From Thecamonas trahens ATCC 50062 (lineage: Eukaryota > Protista > Apusomonadida): a stretch of 64,000 nt of DNA. A program made the position numbers and the translations under genes. How positions within the stretch are numbered: the stretch's first letter is position 1; each line of letters opens with the position of its first letter. The stretch is taken from positions 247,324-311,323 of the forward strand of contig NW_013657646.1 in assembly GCF_000142905.1 (NCBI RefSeq), read 5' to 3'. Positions 49,817 to 59,084 of the stretch are shown piece by piece. The notes beneath the pieces are model-generated. The model did not search any database. It saw only the letters and a list, made by a program, of their open reading frames with translations, and was not told where the DNA came from.

Positions 49817-52132
49817 TCAGCGACGCCGCTGGGAGACGACAAAGCCGCGCGACTCGGGGTACTCTTCCTCGGGAGTAGACTTGGCCTTGGCCTTGGACTT
49901 GGCCTTGACCTTGGCCTTGGACTTGGCCTTGGACTTGGACTTGGCCTTGTCCTTTGCGCGGGCCGAGTCGTCGGCGATGCGCGATGACTGGCCGGCAGCG
50001 GGGCCAGGGTGTCCCGGCGAGTAGGAAAGGTAGACGTTAGGGACGGCTTCGAGGACGTCGACAGGCGCCTCGTTCTCCTCGCCGGTGTTGTAGTCGCCCG
50101 GAGCAATGGCGTGCTGCTGGAGGGCAGCCTCGTACTGGAGCAGCTTGTCCGAGTCGAAGCGTGCGGCCGAGGGCGAGGCTGGACCGTCTGCGCGTGCGGC
50201 GGCGGCGCGGGCGTCAGGCGAGGCTGGCAGGACAGGGCCGACCTGGAAGCCACCGTTGAGCAGGGCGGCGCGCTCGATGTTGTTCCCGGTGTAGTCCTGG
50301 TGGCGGACGACATAGTCGTTGGCCTCCGAGTCAAAGGAGCAGGCCGATTGGACGTAGTCGAGATCGTCGGCCGGAATAAAGTAGTTGACGATAAGGCGGC
50401 AAAGCTTGAGCTCGCGGTTTTGCCTGCGGATTTCAGCGACGAGAGCCTCGCGGTCGGACGCGTGCTCCTCCTGCAGGTCTGTGATTTCGGTGCGGGCGGC
50501 TTGGAACTTGGACCACAGCCGCTTGAGCTTCTGGGTCTTGACGTCGACTTCCTCCTGAAGGTTAGCAAACTTCTGGGCCTCGAGCACCGTCTCCTCCTGC
50601 TTCTCCTCCATCATGGACTGCAGGCGCTCAGCCTCCTTGGCCTTGCGCTCCATCTCGAGCTGTGCCTGCTGCAGCTCGCGCTCCTGCTTCTCGACCTCGT
50701 CGAGGAGGTTGGTGCCACCGACAATGACCTTTTCCTCGAGCTGGGCGATCTGGGCGGCAAGGTCGTCACGGGCCTGGCGCTCCTTGGCGATTTCGGCCTC
50801 GCGCTTGGCGAGCTTTTTGGCGAGCTTGTCCTTCTCTTCCTGGGCGAGCGACTTGTCAGCCTCCATGCGGGCCCGCTCCTCGGCGAGGCGGGCCTCCATT
50901 TCTGTGATGGCGGCGTCGTCCATGCCTGCAAACTTGTCCGAGGTGCCTGCCGCGGCGGAAGTGCCTGCAGGCGGGCCACCGCCGTCGGCGACGGCCTGCA
51001 ACTGGGCCTTGAGCCGCTCGATCTCCTCCTGGAACTGGCGGAGCATGGCGTCCTTGGGATCCTCGTTGATGACGGGCTTGTTCTTGATGTTCTTGGCGCG
51101 GTTAGCGTAGCGGAGTGTCGAGATTGTCTCGTCGTAGTTGTAGTCTGCCGGCCCGACGTTGGCGATCATGACGGTCTTGGAGTTGCCGCCAAGCGAGTCC
51201 TGCAGCAGGCGAGTGAGCTTGGAGTCGCGGTAGGGGATGTGGCGCTTACCGCGGGAGGCACCTTCGGCGAGGGCCGAGATGACGTTGCCGAGGGCCGAGA
51301 GCGAGAGATTGATGTTGACGGCCTCGGTGAAGCGATCGCCTTCTGCGCCGGTCTTGGACTGGCGTTCCGAGCCTGCGAGGTCGACCAGGTTGAGCCGGCC
51401 GACATGGATGTGCTGGGCGCCGTCCAGGCCGATTTGTGAGCACTCGATGGTGATGGTGAAGACCGAGTGTGAGCGCGATGAGTCGACGTTCATCTTGGTT
51501 GCGCCGACCGAGCGGTTCTTCTTGCCTGCGCCCATGACCTTGTTGATCTCGGCCACCGACTTGACGACAAAGGCCGAGAGGTCCTTGACGTACACGCCCT
51601 TGTCCGGGTGCTCCTTGATGGCGAGCTTGGTCTTGTAGCTCTTGGACAGCAGGTCGCGGATCTCCTCGTTGTAGATCTCCAGGTACGAGGCGGTGACCAG
51701 GTACTGCCGCTGCTTCTCGCCGTCGGCCTTGTCGGCGTCGATATGGTGGAAGATGTGGTGAAAAGCGTTGGGAATGATGCCGCGGAGATCGTTGTCGTCG
51801 TACACACCTTCCATGGTGAACGTCTTGCCCGTCCCGGTCTGGCCGTAGGCAAAGATAGTCCCGTTGTATCCGGCCAGCGCTGCGTCGATGATGGGCCGCG
51901 CCGTCTCTTCAAATATCTGCATCTGGGTAGAGCTTGGTCCGTACGTATGATCAAAGGTAAACTTCTTGCCTGGTGCGGACGAGCCCGGCTTGGTCACCGC
52001 CACTCCTGCGTGCGTCTCATCGATCTGCACTGCCAGCTCCCGTCCGTCGGCCACTTCCTTGGAGCTCAGCGGCCTGCACCGGACCACGACCTTGACCGCC
52101 TCACCTGATGAACCACCTGCAGTTTTGCCCAT
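49817..52132 (-). CDS. Kinesin-2 motor subunit (KIF3A/FLA10-like)
   Basis: VKVVVRCRP, GQTGTGKT, SSRSH, LVDLAGSE, HIPYRDSKLT; kinesin-2 neck NKPVINEDPKDA; coiled coil; tail YPESRGFV. Confidence 0.95.
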   Translation of the reverse strand: MGKTAGGSSGEAVKVVVRCRPLSSKEVADGRELAVQIDETHAGVAVTKPGSSAPGKKFTFDHTYGPSSTQMQIFEETARPIIDAALAGYNGTIFAYGQTGTGKTFTMEGVYDDNDLRGIIPNAFHHIFHHIDADKADGEKQRQYLVTASYLEIYNEEIRDLLSKSYKTKLAIKEHPDKGVYVKDLSAFVVKSVAEINKVMGAGKKNRSVGATKMNVDSSRSHSVFTITIECSQIGLDGAQHIHVGRLNLVDLAGSERQSKTGAEGDRFTEAVNINLSLSALGNVISALAEGASRGKRHIPYRDSKLTRLLQDSLGGNSKTVMIANVGPADYNYDETISTLRYANRAKNIKNKPVINEDPKDAMLRQFQEEIERLKAQLQAVADGGGPPAGTSAAAGTSDKFAGMDDAAITEMEARLAEERARMEADKSLAQEEKDKLAKKLAKREAEIAKERQARDDLAAQIAQLEEKVIVGGTNLLDEVEKQERELQQAQLEMERKAKEAERLQSMMEEKQEETVLEAQKFANLQEEVDVKTQKLKRLWSKFQAARTEITDLQEEHASDREALVAEIRRQNRELKLCRLIVNYFIPADDLDYVQSACSFDSEANDYVVRHQDYTGNNIERAALLNGGFQVGPVLPASPDARAAAARADGPASPSAARFDSDKLLQYEAALQQHAIAPGDYNTGEENEAPVDVLEAVPNVYLSYSPGHPGPAAGQSSRIADDSARAKDKAKSKSKAKSKAKVKAKSKAKAKSTPEEEYPESRGFVVSQRRR

Positions 52133-52146
52133 ATGAGGTATATATG

Positions 52147-52152
<6 letters not shown>

Positions 52153-52190
<38 letters not shown>
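52153..52190. repeat. (TG)n microsatellite
   Basis: Directly visible. Confidence 0.95.
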
Positions 52191-52192
<2 letters not shown>

Positions 52193-52784
52193 CGGGGGAG
52201 GGGTGTGGGGGGGGAAGGCGACAGGGGGGGTAAGGTTAGTANNNNNNNNNNNNNNNNNNNNNNNNNNNNNNNNNNNNNNNNNNNNNNNNNNNNNNNNNNN
52301 NNNNNNNNNNNNNNNNNNNNNNNNNNNNNNNNNNNNNNNNNTTCCTTTTGCCATTCCTTTTCGGGAGAGGCATCAACTTTGGTCAACTTTGGGGGTTGTC
52401 GCCAGTGGAACCAGTTGGCCAGTGGGTTTGTGGGCAGTGGGCCCCACTCCCCCTTGTTCCCCCAACCCCGCTTTGGGGGAGGAATTAGTTCCCCCCTTCA
52501 ACCCCCCTAGACACCACAGGATTTTTCGCCCCCCCCCCCCCCCCATCCCCCCCTCTATCCCCTGCACACCCACACGCTCTGAAAGCACACAGGTGTACAC
52601 ACAGGTGTATGTATCCCTACCCTCCCCCTCCCCCCCGACTCGCTCTTCCCACTTCCCCCAAGAAGTCGATCAAGCCGCGCGACCGGCAGCCGCGACCCTC
52701 CCCCTCCCTCCTCCCCCTCCCCCTCCCCCCCCCCTCCCCCCCCCCTCCTACCGCTCACCACAGTCAATACACGTAGGACGAAGG

Positions 52785-54794
52785 ATGGCGGCCCGCAAGT
52801 TGCAAGCCGAGGTGGACAGGGTGTTCAAGAAGATCATGGACGGGGTGGAGGTCTTTGACGACACATTTGAAAAGGCGGCGAGTCCCGAGTTTTCGTCGCA
52901 GAAGGAGAAGCTCGAGGCGGATCTCAAGACGCAGATCAAGAAGCTGCAGCGGCTGCGTGACCAGGTGAAGCAGTGGCAGGGCTCGTCGGACTTTCGGGAC
53001 AAGTCTGCGCTTCAGGAGAAGCGGAGGCTGATCGAGACCAAGATGGAGGCGTTCAAGGAGTTTGAGAAGCAGGCAAAGACCAAGGCGTACTCCAAGGAGG
53101 GCCTGGCCAAGTCACAGCGGAAGCGCGGAACGCAGTCGCCGGAAAAGACGGAAAAGCTTGATTGGCTGGCCGAGTGCATGAGCCGCATCGACGAGCAGCT
53201 CGAGCAGATGGAGGCCGAGATGGAGGACCTGTCTGGCCGGCGCAAGAAGCGGTCTGCGGCGGCGGATCAGATCGAGTCGTTGGAGGTCCACATCGAGCGG
53301 CACAAGTTCCAGCGTGAGCAGCTGGAGCTTGTGGTCGAGGCACTGGAGATTGACCGCATCACGGTAGAGCAGGTCGAGGAGATCGAGGAAACACTCGAGT
53401 ACCACCTCGAGTCGTGGCGCGACCCGGACTACTTTTACGACGAGTTTATGTACGAGAGCCTGCGGCTCGACGAGGAGTATGTCGAGGACGACGCAGCCAA
53501 GAACATCTCGTCGCTCGCCGAGTTCTCGGCGGCGTCGGACGCGGTCAAGACGGCGTCGTCGTCGGAGAAGCGCAAGAACCGGAACAAAAAGTCAACCAAG
53601 AAGAAGAAGGAGGCGTCGGCCAAGGCGTCCAAGTCCAAGAGCTCGGACAAGTCGTCGTCGATCAAGTCGACGAGCTCGACCAAGTCTGCGACGTCGAACA
53701 AGAAGAGCGGGACGAGCGCGCTCGAGCCGACCAAGCCGGCCTCGCTCTCGTCAGCGCGCGTCAAGGCGTCCAACGCCAAAGACTCCCGCAACCTGGCCGA
53801 CATTGTCTCCGGCGCAGGCTCCAAGACCTCGCCCAAGAAGGCCAAGAGCGCGCCGGCGGGCGGCAAGGACCTGGCCGGCCCGCGCGTCCCGTCGCCGGTC
53901 AAGGTCGAGGCGCGGCGGAGTGCCAACCCGCCGCTGGCGTACCTCAACGCGGCCAAGGCGCACAAGGCTTCTGGAGCTGGAGTGACTACGCCCGCCGGCG
54001 CGAGCGGAGCCCCGGCCGGTGCGGCTGTGTCGGGCCTGACCTCGCTCGCGCCGGCGCGGACCGGCACGGGCGGTAGCTCCAAGCTCCCGCCGGGCATGGG
54101 CCCGCCGGGCATGCCCGCCGTCGGCACTGCGCGCGGCGGGAACGCTGGCGTGGGTGGCCTGCCGTCGCGGGCCGAGGCAGCAGCAGCCGCACAGGCCGAG
54201 GCGGTCGAGGCGGCGGCGGCGGCGGCGGCGCTCTCGGCTGCGTCCAATGCGCCACTCTCGTCGGCGGCGGCGTCGGCGTCGGCAGCCGGCGTCTCATCGG
54301 CGGTGCTGAAGGAGCTCGAGGCGGCTGCGGTTGTCGCCCGATCCGACGCCAACACCGCCAAGCGCAAGAAGCGCAAGCAGCACTTTGAGGCCATGCTGGA
54401 CCGCTCGTACTCGGCGCTGCCCGAGACCGTCGAGCGCCAGGTCTTCCGCCAGCCGGTCAACCCGGGCGTGACGCCGGCGTACTACCCGAAGACCGTCCAC
54501 CCAGTCTTCTCCTCGCCGGCTACCTTTGAGAAGCTCGAGTCCGACACCCTCTTCTTTGCCTTTTACCACCAGCAGGGCTCCTACCAGCAGTACCTTGCCG
54601 CCCGCCAGCTCAAGTCCAAGGCCTGGCGCTTCCACAAGAAGTACAACCTCTGGTTCAAGCGCCACGAGGAGCCGCAGAAAATCGACCACACCTCGGAGCA
54701 CGGCACGTACGAGTACTTTGACTACGACTCGGGCTGGTGCTACCGCCGCCGCACCTCGTTCACCTTTAAGTATCGCTACTTGGAAGACGAGTAG
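52785..54794 (+). CDS. NOT3: CCR4-NOT subunit NOT3/CNOT3
   Basis: RKLQAEVDRVFKKI, QKEKLEADLK.QIKKLQRLRDQ.K.W, KTKAYSKEGL; NOT box DTLFFAFY.QQG.YQQYLAA..LK...WRFHKKY..WF.RH.EP. Confidence 0.95.
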   Translation: MAARKLQAEVDRVFKKIMDGVEVFDDTFEKAASPEFSSQKEKLEADLKTQIKKLQRLRDQVKQWQGSSDFRDKSALQEKRRLIETKMEAFKEFEKQAKTKAYSKEGLAKSQRKRGTQSPEKTEKLDWLAECMSRIDEQLEQMEAEMEDLSGRRKKRSAAADQIESLEVHIERHKFQREQLELVVEALEIDRITVEQVEEIEETLEYHLESWRDPDYFYDEFMYESLRLDEEYVEDDAAKNISSLAEFSAASDAVKTASSSEKRKNRNKKSTKKKKEASAKASKSKSSDKSSSIKSTSSTKSATSNKKSGTSALEPTKPASLSSARVKASNAKDSRNLADIVSGAGSKTSPKKAKSAPAGGKDLAGPRVPSPVKVEARRSANPPLAYLNAAKAHKASGAGVTTPAGASGAPAGAAVSGLTSLAPARTGTGGSSKLPPGMGPPGMPAVGTARGGNAGVGGLPSRAEAAAAAQAEAVEAAAAAAALSAASNAPLSSAAASASAAGVSSAVLKELEAAAVVARSDANTAKRKKRKQHFEAMLDRSYSALPETVERQVFRQPVNPGVTPAYYPKTVHPVFSSPATFEKLESDTLFFAFYHQQGSYQQYLAARQLKSKAWRFHKKYNLWFKRHEEPQKIDHTSEHGTYEYFDYDSGWCYRRRTSFTFKYRYLEDE

Positions 54795-55802
54795 GCCGCC
54801 CCGCCTGCTCACGCGCAGTCGTCTCCGCCCTTCGCAGCCTGCACTGGCAGCGTAAACGTTGCGCCTCTGACCCCACGTTCTGATGATTATGGTGATGCGC
54901 ATCATCCCCTGCCTCCACTGCTCCGCACCTCCGCACCCAGCCGCAACCGCCACTGGCTGGTGCAGCCTTTTGGTGACAGGCCAAAGACAAGTCCGCGCCG
55001 GCGGAGCCAGCCGGCAATCACCGTGAACTGTCTGTCTGTCCCCTCCTCCGGCACCCTTTCCCCTTCTAGACGGCTCACATCCCCATCCACCTGCCGCCCT
55101 CGCTCCCCTCCCCCCTCCCCCCTTCCTCTTCCACCCCCCCTCTTCTCCCCCCTTCCCCTTCCTCCCCTTCCCCCCTCCCCGCAACAGGTTCTCCTCCACG
55201 CTCACTGCACGCGTGTCGAACACCGGCACGTGATTCGCACCAACTAGCCCGCTCCGCCCACCCCCCACCGCCCTCTTCTCGTACCGTACTTCACCTACAT
55301 CACCTCACTCCGTGACATTGCCTTGTCACCTCCGCACCCACACCCATACCCATACACATACCCAAACCAACGAGACCAACCCATACCGCTACATTGTCTG
55401 CACACCCATCATGCAAGGGTATGTCCCCCCCCCCCTCGACCCCCTCGTTCCCCTCCCCCCACTGCGAGTCTTAAGGCTGNNNNNNNNNNNNNNNNNNNNN
55501 NNNNNNNNNNNNNNNNNNNNNNNNNNNNNNNNNNNNNNNNNNNNNNNNNNNNNNNNNNNNNNNNNNNNNNNNNNNNNNNCCCCCTCTCCCCCCCGTCTGG
55601 AATGTCCTCCGAAAGTGGCCACCAACCTGCCCTCCGCCCTCTTCCCCACTTGGCCGCCGCAGCCGCAGCAAAAGGCAGGGGAGGAGGAGAAGAGGGAGGA
55701 GGGAGGAGGAGGAGGGAGAGTAGGTGGCTCGGCTTGCGGTGGGTAGCCACAGTGTCCTGGGCAAGACGACAACGTCGGCGGAGCTTGTGCCATTGACTCA
55801 CA

Positions 55803-57524
55803 GTGGGTGACATTGGGCTCGGCTGTCTCTGGCTTCCGCTTGTTAGCATAAGCTTGCAAGGCTATTCAGGGCTTCGGATCAATGTGCCCAAGCAGCTGGG
55901 CCTCACTGCGCCAAATGCGAGGACATACACGGAGGAGTCGCCTTCTTGGAGGACTGGGGTGGAGCTGTGCGCCACGCTCAAGGTGGCGCCGGTCCCGTTT
56001 CCGCATCGAAACGTGGTTGCGGTGCTTGCGGGCGAGGCGTACGCCATGCCGTGGGGCATCTCCATCTCGGTCCAGGCCAAGTCGAACGCGGCGCATCAGG
56101 CGGTGATGATGCCGGTGTCTACAGCGTCGAACTCGCTGGTGTGGAGCTACTCGCGTGAGGCGCAGGTGCTCTTCTACCACATGCTGAGGTCGTTCCCGCG
56201 GCTGGTGTCGGTCATCCAAGCCGGGGTGTATGTGCCTGAGAGCGCGGCGGTGGCCATTGCCAACACCAACCAGTACGTGTACGGCTTGAGCCAGGGTGAG
56301 GCGCAGGCCATTTCGGCGTGGCTCTCGGACGTGGCCGGCCTCGAGCCGATGTCTCTGCCGGACGCGGTCGTCGACATGTGCCTGAGCCACTGCTCCTCGC
56401 TCGGCACTCTGGTCCCGCCGCTCACGCCGGACATGATGGACCACGACGCCAACGTCTTGCTCGACGAGCTGGCTGCCGAGGGCCTCACCCTGCCGTATCA
56501 GTCGTTCTCGCCGGTCTCGTCGCCGATTTTCGAGTCGCTGCCGTCTCTGACGCCGACGTCTGCGTCTGCATCGTCGCCCGAGGACGCACGGATGCGTGAG
56601 TTGTTTTCCGCGTTTTCCAACTCGTCGCCGACCTCGTCGTCGTGCGAGGTCTCGCCGCGGTCACCGTCGCTGCATGGTAGCGGCCATGGGGCGAGCCACA
56701 GCGGCGCGAGCTCTACGTCAACGTCGGCCCGCGACTCGCCGCTCATCGTCCCGTCGCTGACCAACCATCCAGCGGGCCTCGCCGCCATCCCCATTCCGGT
56801 CTCAGCCCGGGTCTCGTCGCCGCGGTCGGTTTCGCCGCGGTCGCCACGGAGCACCGGCTCGCCGCGGGTCCCGGACCGGCGCCAGAGTCTGTCCAAGGCG
56901 ACGCGCGGGCTGAAGATTTCCCGTTCGCCGCGGTCACCACGGTCGCCGCGGTCGCCGCGGTCGCCTGCATCGCCTGTATCGCCGGCGGGCACCGGATCTG
57001 CGGGGCGGGCGGCACCTCCGGCGGCGTCGCGCTCGGCGAAGGCGGTCTCGACCGACCGCACGCTTGTGAAGAGCCCAAATGCCATTGTGGGCGCGTACTG
57101 CAAGCACGCCCGCTTTGCTTGTATTAACGACGTGGTCCTTGCGCTCCTCGAGGAGTTTATGCTCACCTCGCCCAAGTCGAGCAAGTCGGGTGGCAAGGCT
57201 GCCCGCAACGGGCCCAAGCGCGCGGCCATCGGGCTCCGCGAGGTGCTCAAGCAGTCGCAGCGGTCGGCGGTCGCCGTCGTCCTCTTTGCGGCCGACATCG
57301 AGGGCGCAGTCCGCGACAAGCTTGGCAAGCTCATCGGCTCGATTACCGAAGCATGCGCCGAGTCGGGCACGCTGGTTGTCTTTGCGCTCACGCGCGACGA
57401 GCTCTCGCGGGCGCTCGGCAAGACGGGAAACATCTCATGTGTCGGCCTGCTGCACACGGCAGTGACTGCCGTCGACCTCGGCCCACTCCGTGCTCTCATG
57501 GCCGAGGCGTATGCGCAGGCTTGA
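55803..57524 (+). CDS. Divergent SECIS-binding protein 2 (SBP2)-like L7Ae protein; main exon, upstream exons unresolved
   Basis: AYCKH..INDVVLALLEE ... KRAAIGLREVLK..VVLFAADIE ... LVVFALTRDELSRALGK..ISCVGLL parallels SBP2 YC....V..LL.EL...RRLVLGLREVLKH...PFVFALNRKALGRSLNK...VSVVGI. CAG acceptor at 55803. Confidence 0.72.
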   Translation: MGDIGLGCLWLPLVSISLQGYSGLRINVPKQLGLTAPNARTYTEESPSWRTGVELCATLKVAPVPFPHRNVVAVLAGEAYAMPWGISISVQAKSNAAHQAVMMPVSTASNSLVWSYSREAQVLFYHMLRSFPRLVSVIQAGVYVPESAAVAIANTNQYVYGLSQGEAQAISAWLSDVAGLEPMSLPDAVVDMCLSHCSSLGTLVPPLTPDMMDHDANVLLDELAAEGLTLPYQSFSPVSSPIFESLPSLTPTSASASSPEDARMRELFSAFSNSSPTSSSCEVSPRSPSLHGSGHGASHSGASSTSTSARDSPLIVPSLTNHPAGLAAIPIPVSARVSSPRSVSPRSPRSTGSPRVPDRRQSLSKATRGLKISRSPRSPRSPRSPRSPASPVSPAGTGSAGRAAPPAASRSAKAVSTDRTLVKSPNAIVGAYCKHARFACINDVVLALLEEFMLTSPKSSKSGGKAARNGPKRAAIGLREVLKQSQRSAVAVVLFAADIEGAVRDKLGKLIGSITEACAESGTLVVFALTRDELSRALGKTGNISCVGLLHTAVTAVDLGPLRALMAEAYAQA

Positions 57525-57545
57525 GGGCGGCGGCGCGTACGCTGC

Positions 57546-58688
57546 TCATTCGGCAGCAAAGTCGAAGACCCGGATTTTCTTGTCTTTGCCAGCGGCATAG
57601 ACTCTCCTCCAGTCGAGGGCGACAGCGAGGACGCCGCCAGTGTTGGCCTTGAGCGTGCGGATGCACGGCGGCGGCGCCCCGGCCAGGGCCCAGATGCGAA
57701 CGGTACCGTCGTACGAGCCCGAGACAATCTTGGACTCGTCGACGGCAAGCGACGAGACCGGCCCGCTGTGGCCGGTGAGCGTGTGGAGTGGGGATGCGGG
57801 ATACGCCAGATCCCACATCTTGAGGCTCTTGTCCCACGAGCCAGACACCACGCGCGCCCCATCAAACGCCACAGCACGAACAGGGCCCGAGTGGCCAACC
57901 AAGTTGGCAGTGCACGTTGCCGACTTGAGGTCCCACACCTTTAGCTTGCAGTCCCACCCGCCCGAGACCACCCGCCCGTGCGCAGCCTGCAGGCACCAGA
58001 CGTGAAACTTGTGCCCGCCGGCGCGTGCGCCCTGCAGCACGTGTGTCTGGACTTGGGTCTCGAGGTCATGGACCACCACAGAGTTGTCAAACGAGCCCGT
58101 GATGAGCGAGCCGCCGTCGAGCTGCAGCGCAGAGACCGTTGTGGTGTGGGCCTGGAACGAGCTCTTGGTCTCGCCGGTCTCGCCGTCAAAGACGTGCACA
58201 AAGCCCTCAGTGTCGCCGGCAGCCACCAGCCCGCTCACCGGATCGTAGTCCAGCGCCCACACGCCGCCCTCAAAGCTCTTCAGAGTCTCGCGGCAGTTGA
58301 GCGCGTTGACATCCCACATCTTTGCCACTCTGTCTGAGCCGCCCGAGTAGACCTTGGTCTTGCCCAGCGCCAGGGCCCACACCGCGTCCTTGTGGCCCTT
58401 GCGGAGGAGACACGAGGTGTACGAAGACGTCCGCGAGTTGAAGTTCTTGGCTGTCGCTAGCGCCCGGATGTACACTCGTCGCCACGGCAGATCCTTGAAC
58501 GGGCGCTTGTAGATGCCCATCTCCTGACAGAGCGACGACCATCGGGTATCGTTGTCGATGGAGACATTCCACTTGCGACACACGGCCGCTGCAGTCGCCA
58601 GTTCCGTCACACTCAGATAACGGAAGATCCGATGAAGCAGTCGCTCTGGCAGCGAGTCCACCAACTGACCCAGTCGCGTCGTCCCCAT
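57546..58688 (-). CDS. F-box/WD40 protein (FBXW7/Met30-like); true start may be ATG 58780
   Basis: F-box LPERLLHRIFRYLSV.EL...AAVCRKW, followed by 7 WD40 repeats (GH...V....SGS.D...K.WD). Confidence 0.92.
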   Translation of the reverse strand: MGTTRLGQLVDSLPERLLHRIFRYLSVTELATAAAVCRKWNVSIDNDTRWSSLCQEMGIYKRPFKDLPWRRVYIRALATAKNFNSRTSSYTSCLLRKGHKDAVWALALGKTKVYSGGSDRVAKMWDVNALNCRETLKSFEGGVWALDYDPVSGLVAAGDTEGFVHVFDGETGETKSSFQAHTTTVSALQLDGGSLITGSFDNSVVVHDLETQVQTHVLQGARAGGHKFHVWCLQAAHGRVVSGGWDCKLKVWDLKSATCTANLVGHSGPVRAVAFDGARVVSGSWDKSLKMWDLAYPASPLHTLTGHSGPVSSLAVDESKIVSGSYDGTVRIWALAGAPPPCIRTLKANTGGVLAVALDWRRVYAAGKDKKIRVFDFAAE

Positions 58689-59084
58689 CTCCTCGCCCGC
58701 CCCGCCGCCGCCCGTTCCCGATGGCCCGGCTCCCCGGCCCCGTCGTCCGACTCGTAGTACTCGGAGTACTCGTCAGACATGCTCTTGCACCGCCTTGGAA
58801 TACGTCACGCGTGAGCACCAGCAGTTGTGGGTGTGGTTGTGGGTGAGGTGTGTGGTGGGTGTGGGTGAGGTGGTCGTCGGTCGTCGGTCGTCGGTTGCCT
58901 GTCGCCCTCGTCGGGGAGGGAGGGAGGAGGGGGCGGGCTGCCAACCAGCAACCAACTTCGAACCGTCCGTGTCACCGCCAAGTGTCACCAACCGCATGTG
59001 ATCAAGGCACGGGCAGGGAGGGCAGAGGGCACGGGCAGGTGGCATCACCACCTCTCTCCAACACCACCTACACACTAGACCTCC

